Source: Eledone cirrhosa (lineage: Eukaryota). Taken from it: a stretch of DNA of 64,000 nucleotides. The notes below the pieces were generated by a model. That model saw only the letters and a program-made list of their open reading frames with translations, was not told where the DNA came from and made no database searches. Below are positions 62,801 through 64,000 of this stretch, piece after piece (position 1 is the first letter of the stretch; each line of letters opens with the position of its first letter). The stretch covers positions 403,806,001 to 403,870,000 of the forward strand of contig OZ024740.1 of NCBI GenBank assembly GCA_964016885.1, given 5' to 3'. A program made the translations under genes and the position numbers.

Positions 62801-64000
62801 TGTTTTGTGTATTAAAATAAAGTGTACGTGAAGACAAATTTATTTTTGTTTGATTTGTGTATTAAAATAAAGTGTACGTGAAGACAAATTTATTTTTATT
62901 TGTTTTATGTATTAAAATAAAGTGTACGTGAAGACAAATTTATTTTTATTTGTTTTGTGTATTAAAATAAAGTGTACGTGAAGACAAATTTATTTTTATT
63001 TGTTTTGTGTATTAAATTAAAGTGTACGTGAAGACAAATTTATTTTTATTTGTTTTGTGTATTAAAATAAAGTGTACGTGAAGACAAATTTATTTTTGTT
63101 TGATTTATGTATTAAAATATAGTGTACGTGAAGACACATTTATTTTTATTTGTTTTATGTATTAAAATAAAGTGTACGTGAAGACAAATTTATTTTCATT
63201 TGTTTTATGTACTAAAATAAAGTGTACGTGAAGGCAAATTTATTTTTATTTGTTTTATGTATTAAAATAAAGTGTACGTGAAGACAAATTTATTTTTCCT
63301 TGTTTTGTGTATTAAAATAAAGTGTACGTGAACACACATTTATTTTTATTTGTTTTATGTATTAAAATAAAGTGTACGTGAAGACAAATTTATTTTTATT
63401 TGTTTTATGTATTAAAATATGTGTACGTGAAGGCAAATATTTTTATTTGTTTAATGTATTAAAATAAAGTGTACGTGAAGACACATTTATTTTTATTTGT
63501 TTCATGTATTGAAATAAGTGTACGTGATGGCAAATATTTTTATTTGTTTAATGTATTAAAATAAAGTGTACGTGAAGACAAATTTATTTTTATTTGTTTT
63601 GTGTATTAAAATAAAGTGTACGTGAAGACAAATTTATTTTTATTTGTTTTATGTATTAAAATAAAGTGTACGTGAAGACAAATTTATTTTTATTTGTTTT
63701 ATGTATTAAAATAAAGGTTACGTGAAGACAAATTTATTTTTATTTGTTTTCTGTATTAAAATAAAGTGTACGTGAAGACAAATTTATTTTTATTTGTTTT
63801 GTGTATTAAAATAAAGTGTACGTGAAGACAAATTTATTTTTATTTGTTTTGTGTATTAAAATAAAGTGTACGTGAAGACAAATTTATTTTTATTTGTTTT
63901 ATGTATTAAAATAAAGTGTACGTGAAGACAAATTTATTTTTATTTGTTTTATGTATTAAAATAAAGTGTACGTGAAGACAAATTTATTTTTATTTGTTTT
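50886..64000. repeat. AT-rich satellite, 50-bp monomer, roughly 260 copies, runs off the window
   Basis: Consensus TTATGTATTAAAATAAAGTGTACGTGAAGACAAATTTATTTTTATTTGTT; 47-bp variant monomers from ~52690. Confidence 0.99.

Noticed and set aside
50886-64000. CRISPR-like or guide array next to a nuclease
   Set aside because: No unique spacers; monomers differ only by point changes and small indels, and the context is eukaryotic satellite DNA.

Overview
Eukaryotic, gene-free, repeat-saturated DNA, most likely from a cephalopod (octopus-like SINEs and very long (TA)n/(CA)n tracts; this is inference). No host protein-coding gene is supported, and the YI/YV/TH-repeat ORFs are microsatellite artefacts. 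Positions 1-45 kb hold decayed retroelements nested in (TA)n: Penelope-like elements (PLEs; RT plus GIY-YIG), RTE LINEs, tRNA-derived SINEs and one hAT MITE. Positions 45.9-50.75 kb carry a frameshifted AcademX-type DNA transposon gene (DDE transposase, XPG/FEN1-like nuclease, Cys-rich tail). It is followed directly by a >13 kb array of a 50-bp satellite with higher-order structure. The ORF track misses three things. (1) More than a dozen type I hammerhead ribozyme (HHR) motifs, including U3-A8 core variants and forms with a large insertion in stem II. (2) Two non-coding HHR-containing tandem/terminally redundant elements (463-nt and 1003-nt monomers) that look like retrozymes or non-autonomous PLEs with a possible circular-RNA intermediate. 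(3) A stereotyped insertion architecture: two inverted arms with 3' ends pointing outward into (TA)n, one arm stopping at a fixed internal site about 80 nt short of the other.
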